From: a virus
Taxonomy: Duplodnaviria > Caudoviricetes
DNA: 64,000 bases
Virus record (IMG/VR): IMGVR_UViG_3300029305_005547
Location: 128,001-192,000 of that record
Strand: one strand, 5' to 3'
Both the position numbers and the translations under genes were made by a program. The notes under the pieces were generated by a model. It saw only the letters and a program-made list of their open reading frames with translations, searched no databases and had not been told where the DNA came from. This document shows, in pieces, positions 38,504-48,155 of the stretch; the first letter of the stretch is position 1, and every line of letters starts with the position of its first letter.

Positions 38504-38941
38504 TTAGTCTTCAGTTGCTACCTCTTCATCTGCATCAGCTTCTTCTTCAAAAGCTTCTGCAACTTCTTCAGCGATCTCTTCGATCTTCTGAGATACTTCA
38601 GCTTCCATATGCTTCTTAGCAGCTTTTTCAGCTTTCTTAATTTCGTGCTGAGCCTTAATATCTTCAGCCTTATCAGATACTGCATTACTGATCTTACTAA
38701 TACCTTTCTTAACACCAAGGTATGCAGTTCCTACTGCTACACCGGTACCATGAGCAATAAGTCCAACAGTATCAAGTACCAATGTACTTGCCACGTTGAC
38801 ACCCACGTCATAACCGAAGTTCTTACAGGTCTTCTTGAACTTTCTTCTCTCGAAGTAATTCATTCCAGCTGCCTTAGTCATCTTATCGAAACCTGCGTTT
38901 GCTTTCTTGCTGATAGTTGCGATTGTATTAGTTTTCTTCAT
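38504..38941 (-). CDS. Hypothetical protein (hydrophobic middle, acidic tail)
   Basis: GGAGG RBS inside the conserved leader. Confidence 0.75.
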   Translation of the reverse strand: MKKTNTIATISKKANAGFDKMTKAAGMNYFERRKFKKTCKNFGYDVGVNVASTLVLDTVGLIAHGTGVAVGTAYLGVKKGISKISNAVSDKAEDIKAQHEIKKAEKAAKKHMEAEVSQKIEEIAEEVAEAFEEEADADEEVATED

Positions 38942-38945
38942 ATAA

Positions 38946-39066
38946 ACCTCCGGCTCTTGGCTTTCGCCTCCACCATAAAATTAATTTAATTGCCTCACTT
39001 TATTGTGAGCGCTATTTAGTTGTGTCTGCCTATAGATCACTATGAATATGTGCTATAGCGCTATGA
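38946..39066 (-). promoter_or_regulatory. Conserved structured 5' leader, copy B
   Basis: Same five blocks as 25611-25707 with different intervening hairpins. Confidence 0.75.
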
Positions 39067-39153
39067 AGTTTTTATAAGGATAGACGATTTTTATTATCAT
39101 CATTTCCTTTATTTCACATAAATATTATATGTTTATAAATTCCGACTTTACGG

Positions 39154-39495
39154 TTAACCTCTTCTACATGGTTTAATACCAAGTAATTCATCCATTCTCT
39201 CAGAGAATATTTCATTGAAATCTTCTAATATCTCATTTTCATCTTCCGATATAGAACGAATCACAGAACCGTTTAGTCCGTAATTTATCATCTCTTTGTC
39301 TTTCCAACCGAGTTCAATAGTTTCATCCCGGTCGATAATATCTTGACAATGCATATAAAACTTACTATTTGTCGGATTTAATTTATCACATAAATTTACA
39401 TATGCATGAGATAATGAAACTTTTAGCTTGTAGCTTCTTTTCCTTCGTTCATCTATTGAAGGAGCTTTGGATTTTTCTTTATTTAGTTTTTCCAT
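39154..39495 (-). CDS. Hypothetical protein
   Basis: GGGAGG RBS, early motif at 39530-39539. Confidence 0.7.
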   Translation of the reverse strand: MEKLNKEKSKAPSIDERRKRSYKLKVSLSHAYVNLCDKLNPTNSKFYMHCQDIIDRDETIELGWKDKEMINYGLNGSVIRSISEDENEILEDFNEIFSERMDELLGIKPCRRG

Positions 39496-39601
39496 GAGCG
39501 TTACCTCCCTATATTAATTTGTCACTATAATAATATATCTATGAAAAGTTTAATTTTTCGTTGAAAGGACTTTATTTTAATGAAAGGAGGTAATCCATTA
39601 C

Positions 39602-40427
39602 ATGGGACGATTGAAAAAATATAATGGACGCCTTTATGATATAGGAACATCTAATGTGTCTTTTCTTCAGTTAGCTACTGACTTAAAGCAATTAGGTGTT
39701 AAGAACTACTATTTCATGCTTGAAGTATATGATCCTGTAGTTTTAACTATAGATCCTTATAAATGCGATGAAAATGGTGTTTGTACATTAACAAAAGATG
39801 AGATTGTACGAGTAGTTACTGAATGTAGAAGAAATCCATGGTATTATCTAAGAGAAGTATGTAGAATACCTGATCCTGGTAATCCTAAGGGAATTCCTTA
39901 TAAAGCAAATCGAGGAAATATAGCACAAGCATTTTTATTCTTACACGGAATAGATTCATGGCTTTGTTTACCTCGTCAGCAAGGTAAAACGCAATCTGCA
40001 CTTGCTATTCAGGCTTGGGGGTATTCATTTGGTACTACAAATACATCATTTATTTTTGTTAATAAACAACAACCCGACGCAAAGGAAAACTTAGCACGTA
40101 TTAAGACACAGATAGATTTATTACCTGAGTATTTGCGATTTGAATCATTCTTTGATGATGAAAATGGTAAAACTGTGAAAGCTATTAAAAACGCTACAGA
40201 AATGAGGCATCCTGTAACTAAGAACAGAATTTCTGTTCGTGCAGGTGCTGCTTCTAAAGCGAAAGCTATTTCACTTGCTCGAGGTTTATCTGCTGCTATT
40301 ATTCATTATGATGAGCCAGAGTTTACTGACTTTATAAAAGAAATTGTGGAAAACTCTGTATCAACTTATGAAACAGCTGCACGTGCTGCAGAAATGAATG
40401 GATCATTATACGGAAGAATCTTTACGT
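39602..40427 (+). CDS. terL: Terminase large subunit, exon 1
   Basis: NPWYYLRE, ANRGN, Walker A PRQQGKT, RGLS, Walker B YDE; spliced product 718 aa. Confidence 0.92.
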
Positions 40428-41105
40428 GGATTTTACGCGTAAGTAAAACCTCTTTAATTGCGGGAACGAATTCGTTATGTCTTTACTACTAAACTAAGAT
40501 AGTAATATACTTAGTGGCAATGGGTAACTCCAAAGGTATAGTAAAAAGGTAAAGAATAGAATCAATCCGCAGCGAAGATATAATCGTAAAAATAAAAAAA
40601 TAAGATTGCTCTTATTTTTTCCTATGCAAGGGCTGCTCGGGCTTGCACTGTCACCCGTCTGTTTAAGTGCTGTGGAGTGGCTAGTTCCACTTGGCTTTTG
40701 ATTCTACATAGGTTTTGTTTGGAGCAGCCTCATAATCACCACGTCCCAACCAATACTGCCGTATGGTGGTTAGCCTAGACGTTACGCCCCTAGGCCTGCG
40801 ATTCTTGTATACCGGTTCGTGTTGATACAGTGTGTAATCCCTTTTATATTACACTATACAAGATTAGGGTAAATAATAACTCCTTATGAACCGGACTGTT
40901 TTTATTATTTACACTAAAATATTATATGTTTGAAAATTTTAACTTTACGATTATATAACGTTCAACGACTATCGAAAGCATAACTATAGAGAAATACTAT
41001 AGTGAAGAAGCGAGTAGAGTAGGAGAAATCCGAAATAGGAGGCAATATTAATTTGGTAACAGAATTAATATTGAAGATATAGTCTAATATTTTTAACAAA
41101 ATATG
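40428..41105 (+). mobile_element. Group I intron 1 of terL (no endonuclease ORF)
   Basis: P1 UUACGU/GCGUAA; AATTGCGGGAA, AATCCGCAGC, GTTCAACGACTA, GAAGATATAGTCT; ends ...aaatatG; splicing restores FT-C-TPGD. Confidence 0.9.
40590..40915 (-). ncRNA. Candidate antisense ncRNA nested in the intron P6 loop
   Basis: Own promoter-like motif at 40919-40950, GC-rich hairpins, terminator-like hairpin at ~40590-40620, no long ORF. Confidence 0.5.
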
Positions 41106-42008
41106 GTACCCCAGGAGATCTTGATAGTAATGCTGGTATTTCAGCTCAAATAATTCTTGATAAGACCGTTAAGTGGTCAGAGCGTTTATACGATATGACT
41201 AAAGATGAAATGAAAGAATTTGCTAAAGCTGGTGAATCTAACCGCATTATTTATATTGAGTTCCAGTATTATCAGATTGGTTTGGATGAAGAATGGTTAT
41301 CTAAGATGAGTAATATGATCGGTGATGCACTTGTTGTTCGTCGAGAAATCCTACTTCAGAGATTACATGGTTCATCACTTTCTCCTTATCCTCAGGAAGA
41401 TATTGAGTATATCGTCGAGAATATGCATAAACCAATCGATGTTTTATTTGTAAAAGATTACTACCAGTTTATGATTTATGAAGAATTAGATCCTTCTATT
41501 CCTTACATTGTCGGTGTTGACTGTTCAACAGGTACAAATAAGGATAATAATGCTATTACTGGTATTAATCCATATACAACTAGACCTGCATTTGAATTTG
41601 CTTGTTCTTATGTTGGTGAAACGTTGTATGAACAGATTATTATTGAATTAGTAACACGCCATGTACCTAAAGCTATCGTTTGTGTAGAACGAAATAGTGT
41701 AGGTGATGGTATTATCGACCATTTACTTCAGTCAAGAATTGCATCTAGATTATATTATGATAGAGCAAAAGATCTTACTGAAGAAAACAAAAAAGAATAT
41801 GAGACAATAGAGTCAATGCTTAAAAAACAAGCAGCACAAAAATCTTTCTATGGTGTATACACAGAAGGTCATTCTAGAGAAGCAATGTTTGCTATTCTGG
41901 CTAGACGTATTTCTGAAAATAAAGATGATTTTATTGCAGAGAACGTTATTACAGATATATCTCGATTAGTACGTACATCATCAGGAAAGATTGCAGCTGG
42001 TCCAGGCT
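41106..42008 (+). CDS. terL: Terminase large subunit, exon 2
   Basis: RREILLQR, YIVGVDCSTG..KD, VERNSVG nuclease motifs. Confidence 0.92.
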
Positions 42009-43201
42009 CGAAAATCGCTATGAATTCTACATTTATAATGCATCAACATATCATTAATTATTAATGAATTGAGGTGCATTTATTTTGCCAATAATAAAAG
42101 AAATAGAAGATAATAGAGAAGGAATTGAATTTAAAAAACTTATAACTTTATCAAATGGAATAATTGGGAAAAATATCACTATTGATATTAAATATAATGA
42201 TGAAATATATAAAATTCAAACTAAATATTTAATAACTGAGGATAGTCGAATATTTAATATATTTACAGAAAAAGAACTTAAAGGATATATATCAAAAGAT
42301 ACAGGATATAAAGTCGTAAATCTTCAGTTAGGTAAAGCAGGTGAATACAAAACACAATTAATTCATAGATTAGTTGGAAAAGGATTTATTCCTAATCCAG
42401 AAAATCTTCCAGTTATAAATCATGAAGATGGTGATAAATTAAATAATGACATTTCTAATCTTGTTTGGTGTACATATTCGTATAATAATTACCATGCTTT
42501 TAGAACTGGTTTAAAGAAACCAACAAGTGTTTCATCTGAAAAATGTAATTTAACAACTCATACAATAGAAGAGGCTACATTGGTTTGTGAATTATTATCA
42601 AAAGGGATATCACCTAAAAAAATATCTAATGATTATAATTTAGGGTATGATTTTGTATTACGTATTCGTAAAAGAGAAACTTGGAAAGAACTTAGTAAAA
42701 ACTATAAATTTAAAAAGACTAAAAAAGCTTCTGCAATTTTTTCATATAATGAACTCGTTAAAATAGAAAATCTTTTTAAACAAGGATTTTCAGTACGAGA
42801 GGTTATAAATGAAATGGGATGGGAATATGACGAAAAAATTCGTAGTAATGTCAAACATTTAAAATCAAAGTTTGAAAAAGGCAAAAAATTTGTAGAATTT
42901 GAATAGAATAGTGGAGGTCTGGTTAAACCTCTTTAATTGCTGGGAACTCTCGTTAGGTCATCAGTACAGTAAAGTGTGACAATCTGATGAATAGAGACAA
43001 TCAGCAGCCAAGACTTATTATTATAAATAATAAGTAAGGTTCAACGACTATCGAAAGCATAACTATAGAGAAATACTATAGTGAAGAAGCGAGTAGAGTA
43101 GGAGAAATCCGAAATTGGAGGCATCTTATATTTGGTAACAGAATATAAGATGAAGATATAGTCTGACCTATACAGAGATGTATAGATTAACGAAAAATAT
43201 G
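42009..43201 (+). mobile_element. Group I intron 2 of terL with an HNH gene in the P1 loop
   Basis: Exon CCAGGCU pairs with GGUCUGG at ~42916; core elements at 42930-43170; terminal G at 43201; splicing restores GPG-F-HDD. Confidence 0.9.
42085..42906 (+). CDS. HNH homing endonuclease
   Basis: IHRLVGKGFIPNPENLPVINHEDGDKLNNDISNLVW. Confidence 0.9.
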   Translation: MPIIKEIEDNREGIEFKKLITLSNGIIGKNITIDIKYNDEIYKIQTKYLITEDSRIFNIFTEKELKGYISKDTGYKVVNLQLGKAGEYKTQLIHRLVGKGFIPNPENLPVINHEDGDKLNNDISNLVWCTYSYNNYHAFRTGLKKPTSVSSEKCNLTTHTIEEATLVCELLSKGISPKKISNDYNLGYDFVLRIRKRETWKELSKNYKFKKTKKASAIFSYNELVKIENLFKQGFSVREVINEMGWEYDEKIRSNVKHLKSKFEKGKKFVEFE

Positions 43202-43629
43202 TTCACGATGACTCTGTAATGTCTTACTTAATCGCAATGTATGTTTTATATCATGGTAATAACTTACAGATATTTGGTTATTATCCTGGTGAAAGAGAAG
43301 AAAAACCTCGTAATCAAGGCATCTATGAGAAAACCGAATCCGAGCTTAATAAAGTTTTACCTACAGATGTTGCTCAAGCAATCATGGAAGAAAGAGAAGC
43401 CATGAAAGCATTAGATTATGAGGCTATATTACGAAACGCTATAGAAAGATCTCAAGCAGAAACATCAAGATTGGTTAATAGTTCACTTAACTATATACCA
43501 GAAGGTCTTGATTCTGATAATAAATACACTACGTTTGAAGAAGATGATGGTGGATATGATATGGGATTTTTCGATGATATGAATGGTCTTGGTGGTTCCA
43601 GTGATTCTGGAGGATCATTTCCATGGTAA
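43202..43629 (+). CDS. terL: Terminase large subunit, exon 3
   Basis: HDDSVMSYLIA nuclease motif, in frame with the listed ORF at 43219. Confidence 0.9.
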
Positions 43630-43782
43630 ATGAATAACAATAAAGTAACCAAATTAGACCCTTGGTTAACTGGCTGGATTACCCTTACGTGTAAAAGCGT
43701 AAGGGTATATCTTTTTTGTTATGAGTTGTATTACATAAAGTTGTCGAAAGGTCTATAATTCGATGATAATATGGTAAGGGTG

Positions 43783-43862
43783 ACGGAATTTAGTTAAGTA
43801 AAATTTCTGTAAGTCTCGATATTTCTAGGGACTTACAGATTCTTTATTTAGCTAAATAGTAA
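43783..43862 (+). repeat. 80-bp cassette element, copy 5
   Basis: One substitution versus copy 1 (ctaggg for ctcggg). Confidence 0.97.
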
Positions 43863-44319
43863 TATTACAACTCTAACTACTACTGTAAACGGTAAAGCTA
43901 ATAGTAGTCATACACATAGTTATTTACCATTAAGTGGTGGTACTATTTCCGGTGACATATATCCTTCGATATCTGATGAATATATTTTGGGTGGTACGGG
44001 TTCATATTGGTCTGGAGTAATATCAAGAACATTTTCAGCTATTAATTCAGACACACATACTTATGCTTTTTTAACATCTTATGAGACAGGAACGACTAGT
44101 AGAGTTGGTACCGGGCGTTTAGATTTAGGTAATGGAACTGCATCGGGTACAGCTGGTAATGGACGTGGTTTAATTCGTATGTATGGTACATCTTCCGGAT
44201 ATACACAAATTCAAACTGGTAATAATACAACGTCTAATATTACTCTAACCCTTCCTAGTAAAACTGGTACTATTCCCACAGTATCTTTATCTGGTACAGT
44301 ATTAACTATTACCACTTAG
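43852..44319 (+). other. Silent tail-fibre C-terminal cassette 5 (155 aa, LNSNITTLTTTVNGKANSSHTHSYLPLSGGT...)
   Basis: Open from CTA 43852 after TAG; homologous to the expressed tip (YLPLSGGT; GTTS..G...L..GN...SGTAGN..G..R.Y). Confidence 0.88.
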
Positions 44320-44332
44320 GGAGGTGTAGAAT

Positions 44333-44920
44333 ATGTCTATAGTTATGAATGGAACTACTATACCTACTACAGAAGGTAGTATTAAAGTAAATGGTACTAA
44401 TATAACTAAAGTTGTATGTAATGGTACTACTATATGGGAGGTACCACAAACTTTAACAGCATTTACTGCGTCATTTGAACAAACATACAATTGTTATTTT
44501 AGTAGAACTGCCGTTTCTATAAATAATACAACTTATATTGCATCAAATGATACAAATAACGGTGAAACAGCACGTAATTCTGGAGGATCATATTCAGCAA
44601 CAAAAGACATTATGACTTTTACAAGTAATATTAAAAATTTCACATATGCTAAAGTTAAATTATGGGCTTGTATTTATTCAAACTATGGAGATGCAACACT
44701 TGAATATAGTACTAATGGTGGATCGACGTGGACAACATTGGTAACATTCACATATGCTTCTAAAGCCGGTACTATTTACCAACCAGAATTAACATTGGCA
44801 ACGTCAAATTTATCATCTATTAAAGCCAGAGTAAATTTATATAATAGATCTTCAAATCAATATTATTTTGTAAATGGTGGTATAGGTGTTCAATCAGTTG
44901 TTTTAACAAATACGGCTTAA
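44333..44920 (+). CDS. Tail-fibre companion / receptor-binding subunit
   Basis: GGAGG RBS; N-terminal IKVNGTNITKVVCNGTTIW motif, beta-rich body; directly follows cassette 5. Confidence 0.65.
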   Translation: MSIVMNGTTIPTTEGSIKVNGTNITKVVCNGTTIWEVPQTLTAFTASFEQTYNCYFSRTAVSINNTTYIASNDTNNGETARNSGGSYSATKDIMTFTSNIKNFTYAKVKLWACIYSNYGDATLEYSTNGGSTWTTLVTFTYASKAGTIYQPELTLATSNLSSIKARVNLYNRSSNQYYFVNGGIGVQSVVLTNTA

Positions 44921-45050
44921 AAACGTAGGTTAGTTATATTTTTTATTCAAGGGAAAACTTTAGTGGTTTTCCCTTGAATTTTTAAGCTTATATAAAATAC
45001 AGTGAAAAACATTATTTTAAATTATCATTAAAGGAAAGGAGGGAATAACG

Positions 45051-46424
45051 ATGGCTCTTTTCATGGACGAGATTCTTTCTCTTGCAAGAAAGGGTAAGAA
45101 TTTAACCAAAGATATTGAAGACTTAGGTAATATGAATACCAAGAGCATCGCCCGTAGAGCTAAAGGCACTACGTGTCAATTCCCATGTATTATTGCGGAC
45201 TCTATTCCTCTAAATATGGCTTCTGCCGTTACGAAGAATATGGATCGCGTGTACGCATCTTTTGTACAGACCGTAATCGCATCCAATCCGCTTATCGATA
45301 TCACTATCGATAGAAGTCCGCTTGATTATATGAAGCGATTACACCAAAACTTAAGATTGGAATCTGCTATCGATGAAGATGCACTTTTCAGATCTGAAAG
45401 GGAGACTAATGCACTTCGTAGTTTTATGGAGTCTGAGTGTCCTAATCTTTCTGTACCTGAAGATTTATACGAAAGTGTAATAGATAAGGTATACAATGGT
45501 GAATATAAATTATATCTCGATGAAACCGGAACTTTCGGTGTTGCTTTCTCAGAAGCTGCTATTAATTCCGATGTTATGGATGAAAATAGAAGACTCTTTA
45601 AGGAACACCTTTCTGATTTTGATTTAAGACCTTTCCCTGTAAGTGAAGCAAGTAATAAAACTATGAAGGAAGATATTCTTCGTAGTGTTATTGACAATGC
45701 TAATGCATCTGCAGCAGCTACTTCACGTGATGAAGGTCATAAATATTCTAAGGATTTAAACACTCCTAGAATGGTAGATCGTGATGCAAAACGAGTTAAT
45801 GAACTTCAGCCTTATGGACTTTCTGTTCGTTTAATGGCTGTAAATGATAGAAAGGAATTTGTTCAGTATATTGACTTTATCGTCGGTATCAAAGCAATTC
45901 TTCATGTAGCTAAATCAAGAGAAATGGTTAGCAACATCGGAAATGTATTGAAGAATCGTAACTTTACGTTTAACTTTATTCGTTGGACTACAGGTGAAAT
46001 TTCTTTCTTCAAAGACTTGGTACTTCATTTAGATGATATCAAAATGGATACATCATACCGTTCAAGAGGTGCTTCCCCTTGGTTCCCTACTCTTAAGAGA
46101 CTTAAGGAAAAGAAATTCAACGTTTCATTATCTGGAGTTACGAAGTTGGTTCCTAATGCAACTTTCGTAATTTCTTCTTTTGAGGTTGATGATCTTAAGA
46201 ATGAGTATGGGTTCGATGTACGAGATATTTACTTTGCTAAGAAAGTAATCAAAGAATTATTCTTACTCGCTTTTATCATTGTAGATGAAGGTAGTGAGAC
46301 TATTGATATCTTATATGAAGGAAATGATTCCTTCGAAACCTACACTTTGGAAACTCTTGAAAGAGAAGTTTCTTTATCTTCTAATAAACTTGGAAAAGAA
46401 ATTGGAAGAATGATCTCTCAGTAA
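45051..46424 (+). CDS. Putative virion structural protein
   Basis: First gene of a late operon (promoter at 45008-45020). Confidence 0.65.
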   Translation: MALFMDEILSLARKGKNLTKDIEDLGNMNTKSIARRAKGTTCQFPCIIADSIPLNMASAVTKNMDRVYASFVQTVIASNPLIDITIDRSPLDYMKRLHQNLRLESAIDEDALFRSERETNALRSFMESECPNLSVPEDLYESVIDKVYNGEYKLYLDETGTFGVAFSEAAINSDVMDENRRLFKEHLSDFDLRPFPVSEASNKTMKEDILRSVIDNANASAAATSRDEGHKYSKDLNTPRMVDRDAKRVNELQPYGLSVRLMAVNDRKEFVQYIDFIVGIKAILHVAKSREMVSNIGNVLKNRNFTFNFIRWTTGEISFFKDLVLHLDDIKMDTSYRSRGASPWFPTLKRLKEKKFNVSLSGVTKLVPNATFVISSFEVDDLKNEYGFDVRDIYFAKKVIKELFLLAFIIVDEGSETIDILYEGNDSFETYTLETLEREVSLSSNKLGKEIGRMISQ

Positions 46425-46445
46425 TACAGAAAGGATTTAGTTATT

Positions 46446-47450
46446 ATGGCTCATTATGACTTCTATAAGGAAGCATCCGAGATTTTAGCAGAATCCGATA
46501 ACTCTGTAAAGATTGAGGATGTAAGATTTGTTTTAGAAGATGCAACGTCTCCTATTACGAATAAATATATCGAAAACCTGTATAACCAGGTTGTGTCCAA
46601 AGGACATATTAATTTTGATGATATCCCAGATTCAAAGGGTAGAATTTCTAAATATTCTGGATACCAGAGTATGGTAGAAACGTTAAACACTGCTAAGAAT
46701 CTTTCTATAGCAGAACATATCAAAGATTGTTCAGACGCAGTTGAAACTGTGCTTACAGCAATCCATAATATCGAAGTCCTTGGAGATTTGTACGAAGAGG
46801 GCTTTAAAACAAAGAACGAATATGTGATGACTGAATACAATATGTTTGTGTATTCTTGTGTTGAAGCCACATCTAGTATTCTTTCTGAATTCGTTGAATT
46901 CATTAAAGGATTTTCTGATACAAATTATCAGATTAAAATCCGTAATACAAGATACCGCGCAGGTGCTTTCTTTATTGAGCAACTGTCTAAATTTAACAGA
47001 ATCAATGCTGTAGGAAACTACCGTAATTATTTGACTTCTGTTTTAAAGAAAGATAAAGATAACTTTGTCGGTGCTACTGCTGTTGGCATTACAGCTGTTG
47101 CTGTAACTGTACTTTTAGCAATTGTACCGGTAACAAGATCTTTAGTATATCACGCATATCGCATGAAATCAAAGCTGTCAGATGCGTTAGCTTTACAGGC
47201 TTATTTCCTCGAGCTTAATAAGTCTTGTGTTGAGGCTAATAATACATTTGACAGAAATAAGAAGGATAAAATCCTTGCTAAACAGGAAAAACTTCGTATT
47301 TTATTTACGAAGATGAGTGATAAACTCAAAGTTGATGTTGCTAGAGCGAATAGAGATTCTGCTATCGATCGTAAGAAAGATAATGCATCTTTAACTCTCG
47401 GTGACACGCGTAGAGAAGTTGATTCAGCACCCTACGATATTTTACTGTAA
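46446..47450 (+). CDS. Putative virion protein with a hydrophobic segment
   Basis: 334-aa ORF in the late operon. Confidence 0.65.
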   Translation: MAHYDFYKEASEILAESDNSVKIEDVRFVLEDATSPITNKYIENLYNQVVSKGHINFDDIPDSKGRISKYSGYQSMVETLNTAKNLSIAEHIKDCSDAVETVLTAIHNIEVLGDLYEEGFKTKNEYVMTEYNMFVYSCVEATSSILSEFVEFIKGFSDTNYQIKIRNTRYRAGAFFIEQLSKFNRINAVGNYRNYLTSVLKKDKDNFVGATAVGITAVAVTVLLAIVPVTRSLVYHAYRMKSKLSDALALQAYFLELNKSCVEANNTFDRNKKDKILAKQEKLRILFTKMSDKLKVDVARANRDSAIDRKKDNASLTLGDTRREVDSAPYDILL

Positions 47451-47465
47451 AGGAGGATACCGAAC

Positions 47466-48131
47466 ATGGAAGGTGACAGGATCGTTATAAACAAAGACGA
47501 AATCCTCCGTGATATGGAAATAGGATTTAAGAACGTTTGTGGTATGTTGGAAAATGGTGAAAATCCTGATTGTAGTGAAAACACAATAAAAGATTTTTAT
47601 GATACTATCGACAGATCCATCGTTTCCTTTTTCTATGGTGATAACGCAGGATTTGGAATCAAGAAAATGTATGGTAATAAGTCTGCTAGTGTTAAAGCAA
47701 TGGATTTTGCATTTGCTTTCAACCAGTATCAGGAATACCTTAAAGGTATGAAGACTTATATCGATGAATTTAAGATGGCTGAACTTTCTAATCCTGAAAT
47801 CATTGAGAAGATCAATGATGTTATTTTAAAGGATGATGATTTCATTAAGTCCATCTTTTGTTTTGGAGAAAATAAAAATAATGCTGAAGCGGTTGTAAGT
47901 GTTGAACTTGCACTTCAGTGTCTTAATACTCTTTTCTCTATAAGAGATATTGTAAATGAGTTTAAACAGGAGATTCGCCAGGTAACAATTCTTGATAAAC
48001 TTGCTAACCTGAGTAGAGTAAAGATGTTGTATTATGCAGTATCTGGTATCTTTAATCAGGTTGCAAGAATAGCTGATGAGTTAAATGGTGTTAAACCTGC
48101 TGTTGAAAAACCGGTATTTGCAGTATTTTAA
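47466..48131 (+). CDS. Hypothetical late protein
   Basis: AGGAGG RBS. Confidence 0.7.
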   Translation: MEGDRIVINKDEILRDMEIGFKNVCGMLENGENPDCSENTIKDFYDTIDRSIVSFFYGDNAGFGIKKMYGNKSASVKAMDFAFAFNQYQEYLKGMKTYIDEFKMAELSNPEIIEKINDVILKDDDFIKSIFCFGENKNNAEAVVSVELALQCLNTLFSIRDIVNEFKQEIRQVTILDKLANLSRVKMLYYAVSGIFNQVARIADELNGVKPAVEKPVFAVF

Positions 48132-48155
48132 TTTGTAAGAAAGGAAAGAGATGAT

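Noticed and set aside
38441-38989. Antisense shadow ORFs (e.g. 38441-38989 +, 33766-34233 +, 48275-48763 -, 46463-46903 -)
   Set aside because: They lie opposite well-supported genes, lack an RBS and have Phe/Ser-rich shadow composition.
40590-40915. tmRNA or tRNA identity for the GC-rich inserts (also 38125-38445)
   Set aside because: No recognisable T-arm (GTTCGA) with acceptor stem and CCA end; left unassigned.
3271-43862. The 80-bp repeats as a CRISPR array, MITE or REP family
   Set aside because: The copies are about 8-12 kb apart with no spacer array or cas genes, and show no terminal inverted repeats or target duplications. Every copy fixes the reading frame of a downstream fibre-tip domain.
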